From a virus: DNA of 64,000 bases. This document shows, one piece after another, positions 38,670-48,750 of the stretch (positions are counted from its first letter, which is position 1; every line of letters begins with the position of its first letter). The notes beneath the pieces were generated by a model. That model searched no databases, was not told the DNA's origin, and worked only from the letters and a program-made list of their open reading frames with translations. The translations under genes were made by a program, and so were the position numbers. The stretch is taken from IMG/VR virus record IMGVR_UViG_3300021961_000021; one strand, given 5' to 3'.

Positions 38670-39734
38670 ATGGCAACTCTAGTTTTCCCAAGATCATTAC
38701 CAATCGCTGTTCCTGGTGGTTCAGGTAATAGTGAATCCATATCAAGTTCCGATACATATCAAACAACAGTTGTAGATTACCTACAATTAAAAATATACGA
38801 TAGCTCTCAAGGCAATCAGTATACAAATCTTGGATCCAGCGGTACTGGATCCCTGTTACAAACTATTTATTTATATCTTCCTCAAGGATTGAAGGAAGAG
38901 TATGGTGCTGAGTATGCACGAGCAACTCTTGGTGCTGCTGGATTAGGTGCAGTCCAAGGATTCAATCAGGTATCTAGTGGAGCCAATATCAATAGATTAG
39001 TGTCCACCTTACAGCAAACCGCTGGTGCCGCAAAACCAGAATTTATTATGAATGCTGTTGGAGCTGCTATCGGTACTGTAAACAGTGCTCTTGGTATTGC
39101 AGCAGATAACTTAGATGCCAACACAATCGCTGCCCTAACAACCAATAAGATCTTCAACCCATATACAGAGACAACATTTAGAGGAGCAGCATTTAGATCA
39201 CACCAATTTAATTTCAAGTGTGCTCCAAGAAATGTCAAAGAATCAAACGAACTTTTTAATATCATTAATGCACTAAGAACTGCAATGCTTCCAGGAACAG
39301 CTGGTGACAAAGATCCTAGCGTTGCTGGAATTGGTTCCGATGCATCATTTAAAGTAACACTTGGAGAATCCACAGAACCGCCAATTGATACTTCAGCATT
39401 TGGTGGTGGTTACATAACGTCAGATAGATGGTTATCTGTTCCAAGTTATTTCCGAGCATCTATTGTCCGTGTAGAGGGTAAGGTAAACGAGACTGGTGAC
39501 ATCGAATTAACTACTGCTCAACCACAGGGGTTGAGAAGAATTATGCAGTTCCCTGTGAATATGGTTCTTACGAATATGTCTATCGATCTCACACCAGATG
39601 GTCCATATAACTCACTGAAAGATGCTCAAGATAGTGTCAAGGATTATGGTCCAGCATCTATGAATATCAGTCTTTCATTTGATGAAACGGCATTCCTCAC
39701 AAAAAATCTTGTTAATGGTGGAGTACAAAACTGA
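38670..39734 (+). CDS. gp48: baseplate tail tube cap gp48
   Basis: IYLYLP, NPYTETTFRG..FRSHQFNFKCAPRN..ES, FDET. Confidence 0.85.
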   Translation: MATLVFPRSLPIAVPGGSGNSESISSSDTYQTTVVDYLQLKIYDSSQGNQYTNLGSSGTGSLLQTIYLYLPQGLKEEYGAEYARATLGAAGLGAVQGFNQVSSGANINRLVSTLQQTAGAAKPEFIMNAVGAAIGTVNSALGIAADNLDANTIAALTTNKIFNPYTETTFRGAAFRSHQFNFKCAPRNVKESNELFNIINALRTAMLPGTAGDKDPSVAGIGSDASFKVTLGESTEPPIDTSAFGGGYITSDRWLSVPSYFRASIVRVEGKVNETGDIELTTAQPQGLRRIMQFPVNMVLTNMSIDLTPDGPYNSLKDAQDSVKDYGPASMNISLSFDETAFLTKNLVNGGVQN

Positions 39735-40474
39735 TGGCATATTTTAAATACTTACCTAAGGTTTACATCAGAAGCAAGACTAGAGTTGATGGCAATCAAC
39801 CATACCAACTTGCAGTAAATATCTTTAGAAGAATCAAGATTCGTGACGATCTTCAGGGTGCTTTGCTCGGTTTCACGCAGTATGAAATTGGAGAAGGTGA
39901 GAGACCAGATCAAGTTGCGTATCGAATTTATGGTGACTCCGATCTTGATTGGGTAGTCCTTATCATCAACAACATTATCAATGTATACAATGATTGGCCA
40001 TTAAATCGTGAAGATCTCCACCAGTATGTCTACGATAAGTATGAATCGGTTGAAGGTATACATCATTATGAAACTCTAGAATATAAAGATCCCTCAACTG
40101 GTTTAATTCTTCTCCCCAGTGGTCTTGTTGTTGACGAATCATTCCAATACACCAAACCAGATGGATCAATTGTTCCAAAGAATCTATCAAGATTTCCGAT
40201 CTCATATTTTGATTATGAGTATGAACTCAATGAGGCAAAGAGAAACATATACCTGCTAAGGAATGTTTATCTTCAAGATTTCATCTCAGAATTCAAAACT
40301 ATGGCAGAGTATCTTCCGAATGCAGAACTCGATGAGAATGGATACAAAAAAACTCCTGGCACACTTGCCGAGGAGTTTATCGGTCTGCCTCGTTACATCA
40401 AACCGAGACAATCTACTGCTTCTACTGGTTCTGCTTCTGGTTCAGGTTCATCTAATGCATTGATTAGTAGTTGA
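39734..40474 (+). CDS. gp53: baseplate wedge subunit gp53
   Basis: MAYFKYLP...GERPDQVAYRIYGDSDLDWVVLIINNI..WPL. Confidence 0.9.
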   Translation: MAYFKYLPKVYIRSKTRVDGNQPYQLAVNIFRRIKIRDDLQGALLGFTQYEIGEGERPDQVAYRIYGDSDLDWVVLIINNIINVYNDWPLNREDLHQYVYDKYESVEGIHHYETLEYKDPSTGLILLPSGLVVDESFQYTKPDGSIVPKNLSRFPISYFDYEYELNEAKRNIYLLRNVYLQDFISEFKTMAEYLPNAELDENGYKKTPGTLAEEFIGLPRYIKPRQSTASTGSASGSGSSNALISS

Positions 40475-40682
40475 GAATATGATCCAGGATGGTGTGATGA
40501 TGGTGGTGATGGTGATGGTGTCTCCGTCGAGGAACTGGTGTGTACCAGCAATTCCATCCAAACTGAGCATCGTGCACACAATGTGATGGTGTAATCTCCC
40601 TGCGCTCAGCATCTACAGGATACTGATGTGCTGATGCAGCAGGGGGTATTAAAAGTAGTAGTAGCAGCAGAGAAAGTTTCAT
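40464..40682 (-). CDS. small exported protein with His9 tract
   Basis: Signal-peptide-like N-terminus; CAC/CAT x9. Confidence 0.6.
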   Translation of the reverse strand: MKLSLLLLLLLIPPAASAHQYPVDAERREITPSHCVHDAQFGWNCWYTPVPRRRHHHHHHHHHTILDHILNY

Positions 40683-41290
40683 AGCGTTACTTCATTTCCG
40701 TGTCTCGTACCAATTGTACCACGGATGAACACGTCAAAGGCAATACAGTAGCGACAGTTTTCAGACTGGTTCTGATCTGCCTTGTGCATCAGTTGAGATG
40801 GGAAGACGAATAGACTTCCAGGTTCAGGTTGAAACCTGTGATGCTTTGCAGTGGCATTGACAAATCCCAGAGTATCTGGCTCAAGGATTGGGAGGAAACA
40901 GTTTGGATATGTCCCCGTCTTATCAAAGATCAAATCGCCACTGGTGGGATTGCATTCTATGTAATAAACTCCACTCCAAATAGAATTGGTATGTGTGTGG
41001 AAGTCAGAATAGTCTCCAGGGAAATGAAGAACAATCCAAGAACGTACAATCTCAATCTCAACGTGAGGTGATACGAGAAGGATGTTGTGTGCGTAACTTT
41101 TTACGTTGGAAAGGATGTGTTCTTTAAGGGCAGGATTCTTTTCAAGGATCTGTTTATCTTCAGAAATGCTTTTGGTGTTACCCCAAGCACCCATCCTTTC
41201 GTAATACTGGTTCTCTACAAACTGAAGGGTGCCCTCAGGCACCCCAATATTTTCCTCCCAGACAGGTACAGGGAAGAGTTCGTGAAGCAT
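40679..41290 (-). CDS. putative 2OG-Fe(II) oxygenase, TIGR02466-like
   Basis: SW...FHTHTNSIWSGVYY...FPSQLMHK..RYCIAFD. Confidence 0.85.
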   Translation of the reverse strand: MLHELFPVPVWEENIGVPEGTLQFVENQYYERMGAWGNTKSISEDKQILEKNPALKEHILSNVKSYAHNILLVSPHVEIEIVRSWIVLHFPGDYSDFHTHTNSIWSGVYYIECNPTSGDLIFDKTGTYPNCFLPILEPDTLGFVNATAKHHRFQPEPGSLFVFPSQLMHKADQNQSENCRYCIAFDVFIRGTIGTRHGNEVTL

Positions 41291-42237
41291 CAGTCCTCTT
41301 CAGCGAGACGAGCAAAGTAACTCAGTGCATCTTCCTCATCAGATGATGCAGTTGCTGCAGTTTTTGCAACTGAGAAACTGTCAACGTCGGATGCCCAGGA
41401 ACGTTCTTCTGATTGTTCAGAAGTTGTACCAGAGTAATCTCCGAATCCAGATTCTTCGTCTTCGTAGGTCTCTCGATCAACGGTGGGACGAACGCTCTTA
41501 CCCAGTACAGTCTGAAGACGTACATCAAGTTCTTCGTAACTCTTGAAGTTTGAGTCATCGGTGAACTCCGAAAGAGAATAGATCTTGTCGTAGATCTCTT
41601 CCAGACGATCGTCATCGTAACCACCAAGAACACCAGGAGTGCTAAAGGAGGAATCGTCGTAGTTCCAGTAACCAGCGACCTGTTTGATCTTCAGTTTGAA
41701 GTCTGCACCACCCCAAAGATCGAAAGGATTGATCGCAGGTTGCGGATCATAGTCGTTCTCGTCGGGTTTCATCCTTGCAGTAACCTTGTCAAAGATGCGC
41801 TTGCCGAACTTGTAGAGAAAGACTTGCCCTTCGTTTTCGGGATTCAAAGGATCCTTGATAACATAAATGTTAGCGTAGTAGGACAGTTTGCGTTTCTGTT
41901 TTCGGGCAACATCCTTATCCGATTCACGACCCGAACTCCAGAGAGTAGAATTATGTGCACACACAGGGCATTTCTCGCCCTTAGTGGTGGGGCAGTTTTC
42001 GATCAACCAACCGCCAGGACCTTGGAATGCGTGACTCCATACCTGTGCCCAAGGAAGTTCGCCTTCAGTCGTCTGAGGGAGAAAGCGAATGATCGCAAAA
42101 CCATTACCAGATTTGTCAACTCCAGGTTTCCACAGGCGATCATCCGCCTGCTTACCACTACCATTAAGTTTCTCAATCTCTTTAGTCAGAGAGGAGAAAG
42201 AAGAACCAGAAGTTTTCTTCAGTGAAGCAAATGACAT
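41290..42237 (-). CDS. gp32: single-stranded DNA binding protein gp32
   Basis: DKSGNGFAIIRFLP, GGWLIENC..T.G.KCPVC, acidic C-terminus LSYFARLAEED. Confidence 0.95.
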   Translation of the reverse strand: MSFASLKKTSGSSFSSLTKEIEKLNGSGKQADDRLWKPGVDKSGNGFAIIRFLPQTTEGELPWAQVWSHAFQGPGGWLIENCPTTKGEKCPVCAHNSTLWSSGRESDKDVARKQKRKLSYYANIYVIKDPLNPENEGQVFLYKFGKRIFDKVTARMKPDENDYDPQPAINPFDLWGGADFKLKIKQVAGYWNYDDSSFSTPGVLGGYDDDRLEEIYDKIYSLSEFTDDSNFKSYEELDVRLQTVLGKSVRPTVDRETYEDEESGFGDYSGTTSEQSEERSWASDVDSFSVAKTAATASSDEEDALSYFARLAEED

Positions 42238-42307
42238 TTAGTGTGTCTCCGTATTGTTGTGTGTTGTGTGTTGTGTACTACCCCGTTAAGGGTAACATAC
42301 TATTTAG
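42238..42307 (-). promoter_or_regulatory. gp32 leader: late promoter CTAAATA, small hairpin, three ACAACAC repeats
   Basis: Read directly upstream of the gp32 ATG. Confidence 0.55.
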
Positions 42308-42657
42308 TCCTGGTCAACCTGATCATCAATCTGTTTTCTCCAGTTCTTAAGTTTTGTTTCCATATCATCAAGAACTTGATTGATGGTCTTACCACCGCTG
42401 TATAAGTCGGTGATCTGATCGATGCGTATTTTTACATCGGATGCCTCGGGGTCCTCCAGTGCCAACAGAGCAATTCTAGCATAGAAAATCTTCTGTTTGG
42501 CGATCAGGGTCATCGTTTTGTCCAGATGATCGATACGTTCCTCCCGATCCATCATCGGGAAGCGCATTGAGATATCATACAAATCTTTGTATAGGGACTG
42601 CATATCAATCAGTTCTTGCTGAACGATTGATGAGTCATAAAAGTTATCGCCACTCAT
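42304..42657 (-). CDS. conserved cyanophage protein (DUF1825-like)
   Basis: FYDSSIVQQEL...LIAKQKIFYARIAL..DPEA pattern; synteny between gp33 and gp32. Confidence 0.7.
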   Translation of the reverse strand: MSGDNFYDSSIVQQELIDMQSLYKDLYDISMRFPMMDREERIDHLDKTMTLIAKQKIFYARIALLALEDPEASDVKIRIDQITDLYSGGKTINQVLDDMETKLKNWRKQIDDQVDQD

Positions 42658-42899
42658 AGTGGTAGCACTCCTCTTGAAGTTTTCTTCACATAATTAAGTT
42701 GCTGAGCAGTGTATTTGATTTTATCTTTCAGTGGTCTAGAGATAAGTTTCCCTACGGTTTCGACCTCGATATCAAACTCGTCACAGACAACTACGACGGC
42801 ATCAATATAGTTCGTCAGACCATTACTATTCTTCACCACCTCTTCAACAAGTGAAGAGAATTTTGTTTGCGTCATAAATTTGTCCTGGTATTCTTTCAT
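42654..42899 (-). CDS. gp33: late promoter transcription co-activator gp33
   Basis: KFSSLVEE...YIDAVV..C...EVETVGKLIS.PLKDKI. Confidence 0.88.
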   Translation of the reverse strand: MKEYQDKFMTQTKFSSLVEEVVKNSNGLTNYIDAVVVVCDEFDIEVETVGKLISRPLKDKIKYTAQQLNYVKKTSRGVLPL

Positions 42900-43567
42900 T
42901 TGATAGTCGATTCCATAAAATCATTAACGTATTCGCAAAGCAATTTGTAATAGTAATCCAAGTTACGTTTTTCGATTACTTGAACACTACCGTCTTCAAC
43001 CGCAATTATAGTTACGATTTTATCTACTTGTACACCACAACGTTCATAATACATCACAGCATATGCTGTTTCCTGTACAAAATAATTTTCGATCCAGGAT
43101 TCAGTCTTGGGTTTAGTTGATGTCTTGAAGTCAATGACAGCAAGTTCAGAATCAAACTCAGCAATACAATCTACACGTCCAGCAATCCGAAAGTGATCGC
43201 TATACAGAGGACTTTCAAGTAGATGTATGTTGTTGATTCTATCAAGTGTCTTTTGAGAAGACTGAAACATAAACTTAGGTAGTGGATGACTGTCGTCAAA
43301 CACCACTGGTTCGTTTCTTAGATATGATTCGGTATAAGAATGATAGCGATTACCTCGTGCAGTTGCCTGACCTGAGATCTTATTCGCTTGTTCATCACCG
43401 ACTCGTTTTCTCCACTTGATAATGGAATCCTTTTTGCGATGCCCTGTTACGGTGGTCACCGAAGGATACCATTTGCCCTCACCAACTTCATAAAGACGAA
43501 GACCGTTACCTTTGGTAACGGCATTCATTTCAGTCAGTGGAACTGGAGGTCCCACCATATTAAACAT
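42896..43567 (-). CDS. PD-(D/E)XK exonuclease (Cas4-like)
   Basis: YPSVTT, AGRVDCI, IDFKTS, QETAY. Confidence 0.85.
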   Translation of the reverse strand: MFNMVGPPVPLTEMNAVTKGNGLRLYEVGEGKWYPSVTTVTGHRKKDSIIKWRKRVGDEQANKISGQATARGNRYHSYTESYLRNEPVVFDDSHPLPKFMFQSSQKTLDRINNIHLLESPLYSDHFRIAGRVDCIAEFDSELAVIDFKTSTKPKTESWIENYFVQETAYAVMYYERCGVQVDKIVTIIAVEDGSVQVIEKRNLDYYYKLLCEYVNDFMESTIK

Positions 43568-43569
43568 AA

Positions 43570-44319
43570 TTAAAACCCAAGATTAATTTTGCTGATCAGA
43601 TACTCACGGACAAGACCAGAGCGAACGATGTCTTCGATACCAAACTCAACACAATCAAACGACTTCATCGTTTGAAGGATTCTCATAAAGTCAAGTACAC
43701 CATTCTTTTCATTACTCTTAACCAAATCAGACTGAGTGTAATCGCCAGAGAAAATGATCTTACAATTTTCACCAACACGAGTAATCATACTATCAAGTTC
43801 GTGAAAATTCAAGTTACTAAATTCATCTACGATGACAACGCAGTTATCCATAGTCACACCGCGAATGAAACTGGTGGACCAGAATGAAATGGTTTCTTGA
43901 GCACGAAGATTATCGTAGAGCATTTCAAATGCAGGATCATCAGGCATTTGGAACATATACTTTACCATATTCTTATACGGAATTTGGTAAAGGTTTGATT
44001 TGTCTTCGTGATCTCCAGGAAGGAATCCAATCTCTCTCGTAGGAACAAGAGAACGAACCATATAAACCTTCTCATAGGGAGAAGATGGTTCCAGCACATC
44101 CTTGAGTGCTAGATACAGACTGATAAATGTTTTACCTGTACCTGCAGCACCGTGAAGAACTAGATTCTTTCCTTCAGCATACGAATTGAATACACGTTCT
44201 TGATTATCTGTAAGTGGTTCAATCACTTTAAGATGATCAAGATTGATTGGTTTCTTTCGTCTCATTTGTTTTGCACTCATACCAGACGGTGAAGGAGTTT
44301 TTCTCTTTCTTACAGGCAT
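43570..44319 (-). CDS. phoH: PhoH family ATPase
   Basis: GAAGTGKT, REIGFLPG, SFIRG, VDEFSN, GDYTQSD. Confidence 0.95.
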   Translation of the reverse strand: MPVRKRKTPSPSGMSAKQMRRKKPINLDHLKVIEPLTDNQERVFNSYAEGKNLVLHGAAGTGKTFISLYLALKDVLEPSSPYEKVYMVRSLVPTREIGFLPGDHEDKSNLYQIPYKNMVKYMFQMPDDPAFEMLYDNLRAQETISFWSTSFIRGVTMDNCVVIVDEFSNLNFHELDSMITRVGENCKIIFSGDYTQSDLVKSNEKNGVLDFMRILQTMKSFDCVEFGIEDIVRSGLVREYLISKINLGF

Positions 44320-44320
44320 A

Positions 44321-44551
44321 CTAAGTAAATCTCGATAGGTTAGCACCAGGGTGAGCCTTTTGGATCTTCTGCATTACAGATTTAAATCCGTCTGACTGCT
44401 TTGGTTTACCATAGATGGCACTGTTGTTTTGATTTCCAAAGTACCGTTCTAATTCTGGGTGCTCTTCTTTGTATTTATCAAGGTCTTTGATAGACATTAC
44501 TTCAGTAATTATCTCTCCAGTTTCCTTGTTTCTAAAATCATAGGTTGGCAT
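44321..44551 (-). CDS. FmdB-like small regulatory protein
   Basis: MPTYDFRNKETGE N-terminus. Confidence 0.7.
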   Translation of the reverse strand: MPTYDFRNKETGEIITEVMSIKDLDKYKEEHPELERYFGNQNNSAIYGKPKQSDGFKSVMQKIQKAHPGANLSRFT

Positions 44552-44766
44552 TAGAGTTTGTCCTTATCAAATTGTTTGATCATTTTTTTCATCTCTCGTT
44601 TCATTCGTCTAGCCATAAAAAACATTTGCAGTCGTATTCGGAGGTACTTTATGTTCAATTCAATATAGTATATCAGTTCTTCAAGAGACTGGTATCCGTA
44701 TATTGCCACAAAGATAACGACAATAATTATTGTTAGGTATAGACCTAGAAGATGAGATGGTATCAT
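44551..44766 (-). CDS. hypothetical membrane protein
   Basis: N-terminal hydrophobic helix. Confidence 0.65.
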   Translation of the reverse strand: MIPSHLLGLYLTIIIVVIFVAIYGYQSLEELIYYIELNIKYLRIRLQMFFMARRMKREMKKMIKQFDKDKL

Positions 44767-45470
44767 TCGATTTTCAGGCAGGGTTGTAGCGAACTACCAT
44801 AATCATCATCACAATCACAATCATTACACCACTCAAGTGCTTTGGAAGTAATTGGAAACTGGCAAATGAAATGCTTTCGGCAAGCTTCTGCAATCATCAT
44901 ATGCTCTTTCTGAGTTCCGTGTGCAGATCTCAGATTGATATAATGGATCCACGAGCGAACTGATCCCGTCATATAGATTTTGGTTGGTGTGGCGAGAGGG
45001 AGCACCATCCTTGCACATTCCTTTGCGACTCCGTGAGAAATCAGTTGACGATAAAGATTTCGTGCCTCCTCAAAGTGCTGTGCAATCTTTCCTTGGAGTT
45101 GGAGTTTTTCATATTCTCCCATATCATCGATACTATTTTGCCTGTTCTTAGTATCTTGCCGACGCAAGTCGGGAATGGGAATGTATTCATCAAGCAACAG
45201 ATCGGTATCAGCATACCGCTGCGAGAACTCTTGATATGTGAACGACCTATGACGCAAAATTTGAGCCGCGATTGCCCGTGTAGTGTTGATTTCTAGGGTC
45301 ATATGTGCTTGCTCAAACACAGACCAATGCCCGTGCTTAATACAATAACTCAGCAGACCTTCAACCTTTGGGTTATCTTGATTGGCAGGATTGCTCACAC
45401 GAGCAATGTAACCCATCGTTGCCTCAGCATCAGGTGTTACAGTGATCAAACATACCGATTCTTTATTCAT
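44763..45470 (-). CDS. thyX: flavin-dependent thymidylate synthase ThyX
   Basis: HWSVFE, QILRHRSFTYQEFSQRY, AKECARMVLP, AHGTQKEH. Confidence 0.97.
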   Translation of the reverse strand: MNKESVCLITVTPDAEATMGYIARVSNPANQDNPKVEGLLSYCIKHGHWSVFEQAHMTLEINTTRAIAAQILRHRSFTYQEFSQRYADTDLLLDEYIPIPDLRRQDTKNRQNSIDDMGEYEKLQLQGKIAQHFEEARNLYRQLISHGVAKECARMVLPLATPTKIYMTGSVRSWIHYINLRSAHGTQKEHMMIAEACRKHFICQFPITSKALEWCNDCDCDDDYGSSLQPCLKIE

Positions 45471-45700
45471 TTTAGCAGCATACGAGAGAGTACAAGAAGG
45501 CACAGTGCCTGAAAATAATTAATGGTCTTGAGTCCAAAGATAACTGGAAGACTCCAGTTCCACGAGAACATTATAATGGCAGGACCAAAGATTGCAATAC
45601 TTAGAAATTTTACCACATCTTCCGAAGAAACAACTTCATCCTTTGGTTGTTCCTCAGGTACATCCTCTGGTGTTGTTACTTTATTAAACGTGTAAATCAT
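45467..45700 (-). CDS. hypothetical membrane protein
   Basis: WNWSLPVIFGLKTINYFQALCLL pattern. Confidence 0.65.
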   Translation of the reverse strand: MIYTFNKVTTPEDVPEEQPKDEVVSSEDVVKFLSIAIFGPAIIMFSWNWSLPVIFGLKTINYFQALCLLVLSRMLLK

Positions 45701-45948
45701 TTTTTCTTTTTGTCCGTTACTTGGTATTCCCATAATTTAGGATTGAGCCTCCCCTCAGATTGTTTAAATCCAATAAAGTCTTCACGATATCGATCCCAGT
45801 ACCAGTCAAACATTTCAGATTGATTTCTTGGAATCACAAGATCATAACAGACTGCACCATCTATTTGATATTCTACAAGATAGCAGGTGTATGGGAGCTG
45901 TCGATTGTTTGCTTCACTCGGATCACAATTCTGTTTTAATATCTTCAT
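45697..45948 (-). CDS. hypothetical protein
   Basis: ORF track; coupled overlaps. Confidence 0.7.
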   Translation of the reverse strand: MKILKQNCDPSEANNRQLPYTCYLVEYQIDGAVCYDLVIPRNQSEMFDWYWDRYREDFIGFKQSEGRLNPKLWEYQVTDKKKK

Positions 45949-46379
45949 CAGCCACGATTTCCCCAAGTAATTTGTGGAAATGCTTCAGATACAACTGACT
46001 TAGTGATTCGATATTTGTCCTGAAGTTTCTTGTCTTTAACAAGAACAACGACATTTGCTTCTTCAGGATGCAAACCTTCCAGCAACTGAATGAACATTGC
46101 TTCTCTACGAAGTGCGGGGATATCACTACCACCTTTCACAAAGTAGAACAGTTTACGTCCTTCAGTTTCTAGACGAGTGTGTTGAGTGCCTACAGGTGCA
46201 GGGTTGGGAGTGAAAGGAACCTCACCCTCAGGAAGAAGAGAAACAACACTCTCATCAAAGTTCCAGATGAAAAGAGATCTGAGAGTTTGACTGTTGTTCT
46301 CCCTAAGAATTTTAATCTTTTCTACTTTGGTCTTTGCATTAGATGCCTTCTGTAGAATTTCGGAAATGAGCAGTTTCAT
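45948..46379 (-). CDS. conserved T4-like hypothetical protein
   Basis: LPEGEVPF...RREAMFIQLLEGLHPEEA pattern. Confidence 0.75.
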   Translation of the reverse strand: MKLLISEILQKASNAKTKVEKIKILRENNSQTLRSLFIWNFDESVVSLLPEGEVPFTPNPAPVGTQHTRLETEGRKLFYFVKGGSDIPALRREAMFIQLLEGLHPEEANVVVLVKDKKLQDKYRITKSVVSEAFPQITWGNRG

Positions 46380-46381
46380 AA

Positions 46382-47260
46382 TTAGAATTCACTTATGTTT
46401 TGCATTAGATCATTCAGTTGATACTTAACGAAGTAGTCAATTACCGTAGATCTATTAGGTGGAATTAAAGATTCATAGTTATCTATAATCTTTTCCTCAA
46501 GGTCTTCTGGGATGTATGCGAAATCGATGAGCATTTGATTGCGTCGATATTGCTCCAATGTCTGTGCATCATAACAGAAATCTTCTGGAGACATCGTAGA
46601 CCATTGAGCAAGTTTAATTTTTGATAATGGTTTTTGTCTACGACCTTCAACCAAACATCTATCATCAGATAGAAAATTTGGAATCCCATCACTACGATCA
46701 CCCTTCAGTACGTGCTCTGAGATATACAGATTGGGATCAATATTCTCAACATACTTTTTAAGCATCGGATTGAATTGGGTTACATACCCATACCTCTTAA
46801 GTTGAATGAAGTCTTTATCACCCGAGATAATCAAAGTCTTCACTGGTGGTTGCATATTATTTTGCAGTCTGATGTTTGCCAGACCTTGCTGCTTACACAA
46901 AATAGCAATCACATCATCTGCTTCTGCACCATCAACCTCAACAACTTTATAAGGAAGATTGGAACGAAACTCATCCTTCAACTTATTCAGAACATCGAAG
47001 ATGTTATCCCAGTTATGCTTCGATACCTCACGGTCTTTCTTTCGTGTTCCTTTGTAGCAAGGAAACACTTTACGTCGCCAGTAGTGGCGACTGTCGTAAC
47101 ATAAAACAAGTTCGCCATACATCTTGTAGAACTGCGATCGATATTTACGCAGTGAGTTCAAGATCATATGACGAACTAGGTCTTCTTTCAACTCATCAGA
47201 TTGATTGAGCGAAACCATAAGGTTTGCGATCATCACCTGATTCATATCAATGAGAATCAT
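46382..47260 (-). CDS. rnh: T4-type RNase H / 5'-3' exonuclease
   Basis: IDMNQ, YKGTR, EADDVIA, SGDKDFIQL, KGDRSDGIPN. Confidence 0.95.
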   Translation of the reverse strand: MILIDMNQVMIANLMVSLNQSDELKEDLVRHMILNSLRKYRSQFYKMYGELVLCYDSRHYWRRKVFPCYKGTRKKDREVSKHNWDNIFDVLNKLKDEFRSNLPYKVVEVDGAEADDVIAILCKQQGLANIRLQNNMQPPVKTLIISGDKDFIQLKRYGYVTQFNPMLKKYVENIDPNLYISEHVLKGDRSDGIPNFLSDDRCLVEGRRQKPLSKIKLAQWSTMSPEDFCYDAQTLEQYRRNQMLIDFAYIPEDLEEKIIDNYESLIPPNRSTVIDYFVKYQLNDLMQNISEF

Positions 47261-47262
47261 AG

Positions 47263-47505
47263 TCAGTCGTCGTCTTCGTCATCAATCATATCATCTTCAT
47301 CCGCAATACGCAAGTAGAGAAGTTCTGACGGGTCAACAAATTCACCATCCATCTGCATCTCTGGATGCATTACCACAGCAGCATACTCAGCTCGCTCTTT
47401 CCATTGATCGAATACATCTTTGAGATTCCAGGAGGAAATAAATCCCAACAGAAAACTCCCAATGGTTAGGAAGAAAGCGATGTAAAGGAAAGTTAAATCT
47501 GCCAT
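47263..47505 (-). CDS. hypothetical membrane protein
   Basis: N-terminal TM, acidic tail. Confidence 0.7.
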   Translation of the reverse strand: MADLTFLYIAFFLTIGSFLLGFISSWNLKDVFDQWKERAEYAAVVMHPEMQMDGEFVDPSELLYLRIADEDDMIDDEDDD

Positions 47506-47526
47506 TGCAATCCCCCAATTTTTTAA

Positions 47527-47883
47527 TTATTTAGTTGCCTTTTTACGACCAGGGCGGCGGTCTTTTTCATACTGCCAGGCATCCTCAAGAATACCAGTCA
47601 GAAACTTGAGCACCTTCCTTGCTACTGGTTTTGGAATGTGTCCATATGCTTCACGCAAAACTGGACTACCACCTTTGATGTAGTCTTCCAGATCCATACA
47701 AGTAGAAGACAGATTTGCTGCTGTAGTGCTCTCAATAAATTGAGTGCATTCACGACGAGTAAACTTCTGGGTCTTCAGAATAGGATACAGTTTCATAAGA
47801 AACTTTTGTTCTGTTACAGCAGCATCAAGTGCTCTCTCAACAAGGGCACAAAGTTCTTCAACTTTTCCAATGTCAGTTTTCAA
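47527..47883 (-). CDS. hypothetical protein
   Basis: ORF track. Confidence 0.7.
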   Translation of the reverse strand: MKTDIGKVEELCALVERALDAAVTEQKFLMKLYPILKTQKFTRRECTQFIESTTAANLSSTCMDLEDYIKGGSPVLREAYGHIPKPVARKVLKFLTGILEDAWQYEKDRRPGRKKATK

Positions 47884-48125
47884 ATCAGTCCTCGCTTTTT
47901 CAGATAAGAAACAGTTTCATTACACCCACCAGTTTTCTCACCATCGATAATGACTTGTGGGAAAGTAGATCCGTGACCAAATTCAGAATAGAATTGTTCA
48001 CGGGTAAAGTTTACATCAAGAACGTATTCTCGGAAAGTCCATCCCTTCAATGTAAAGACTTGTTTAATCTTTGTACAAAAAGGGCAGCCAGGTTTTGTAT
48101 AAATTGCGGAGTTCTTAGGGGTCAT
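47880..48125 (-). CDS. grx: glutaredoxin
   Basis: CPFC active site, TFPQV, GGC. Confidence 0.92.
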   Translation of the reverse strand: MTPKNSAIYTKPGCPFCTKIKQVFTLKGWTFREYVLDVNFTREQFYSEFGHGSTFPQVIIDGEKTGGCNETVSYLKKRGLI

Positions 48126-48129
48126 AGCA

Positions 48130-48750
48130 CTAATTTAAATGGACGTTAAATGCAATAGAATAACGTGGTCGTTCGATTTGATTTGCTTCGGTAGAATGTT
48201 CTAACCAAGAAGGAAATAAAACTAAAGATTCTGGTGTCGGATCAAAATAGATCCCTTCCTCAGTACCAAACATACACATCTTAGCATATGGATTTGGATT
48301 GTAAAAAAGGATTCCACCTTGTTCAGGAACAGTTCTGTGATAGTACACACCAGATATAATATGTCCAGCGTGAGTGTGTCTGACCTGTGCTTTGCCCTTT
48401 GGGCACACATTAATCCACGACTGACTGATCAACCAACCACCCTTCAATGGTTCTATATATGCGTGTGCACTATCAGGAACAGAAATTTTTGTCTGAGACA
48501 AATAACATTCAACCTGTTCCCCAATAAATGCTTCCAACTTTGGCATCGGATGTTCCTTAAACAACTGGAGTAAATGTTGTTTTGCGTGTGTACCGTGCAA
48601 AGTTTCTTGCATAGCATAAGGTGACAAATAAGAACTGTTCTTCCAGTTCCCAGTTGTCTCCAGGGTATCAATCACTTGATCTATCTCAGCAATAATTTCA
48701 GGATCAGAATGATTTGCTGGATGGATTCGTGTGGGAAATAGATCAATCAT
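48130..48750 (-). CDS. putative 2OG-Fe(II) oxygenase, TIGR02466-like (likely start MIDLFP)
   Basis: SWIN...RHTHAGHIISGVYY...FPSWLEHS...RYSIAFN. Confidence 0.85.
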   Translation of the reverse strand: MIDLFPTRIHPANHSDPEIIAEIDQVIDTLETTGNWKNSSYLSPYAMQETLHGTHAKQHLLQLFKEHPMPKLEAFIGEQVECYLSQTKISVPDSAHAYIEPLKGGWLISQSWINVCPKGKAQVRHTHAGHIISGVYYHRTVPEQGGILFYNPNPYAKMCMFGTEEGIYFDPTPESLVLFPSWLEHSTEANQIERPRYSIAFNVHLN

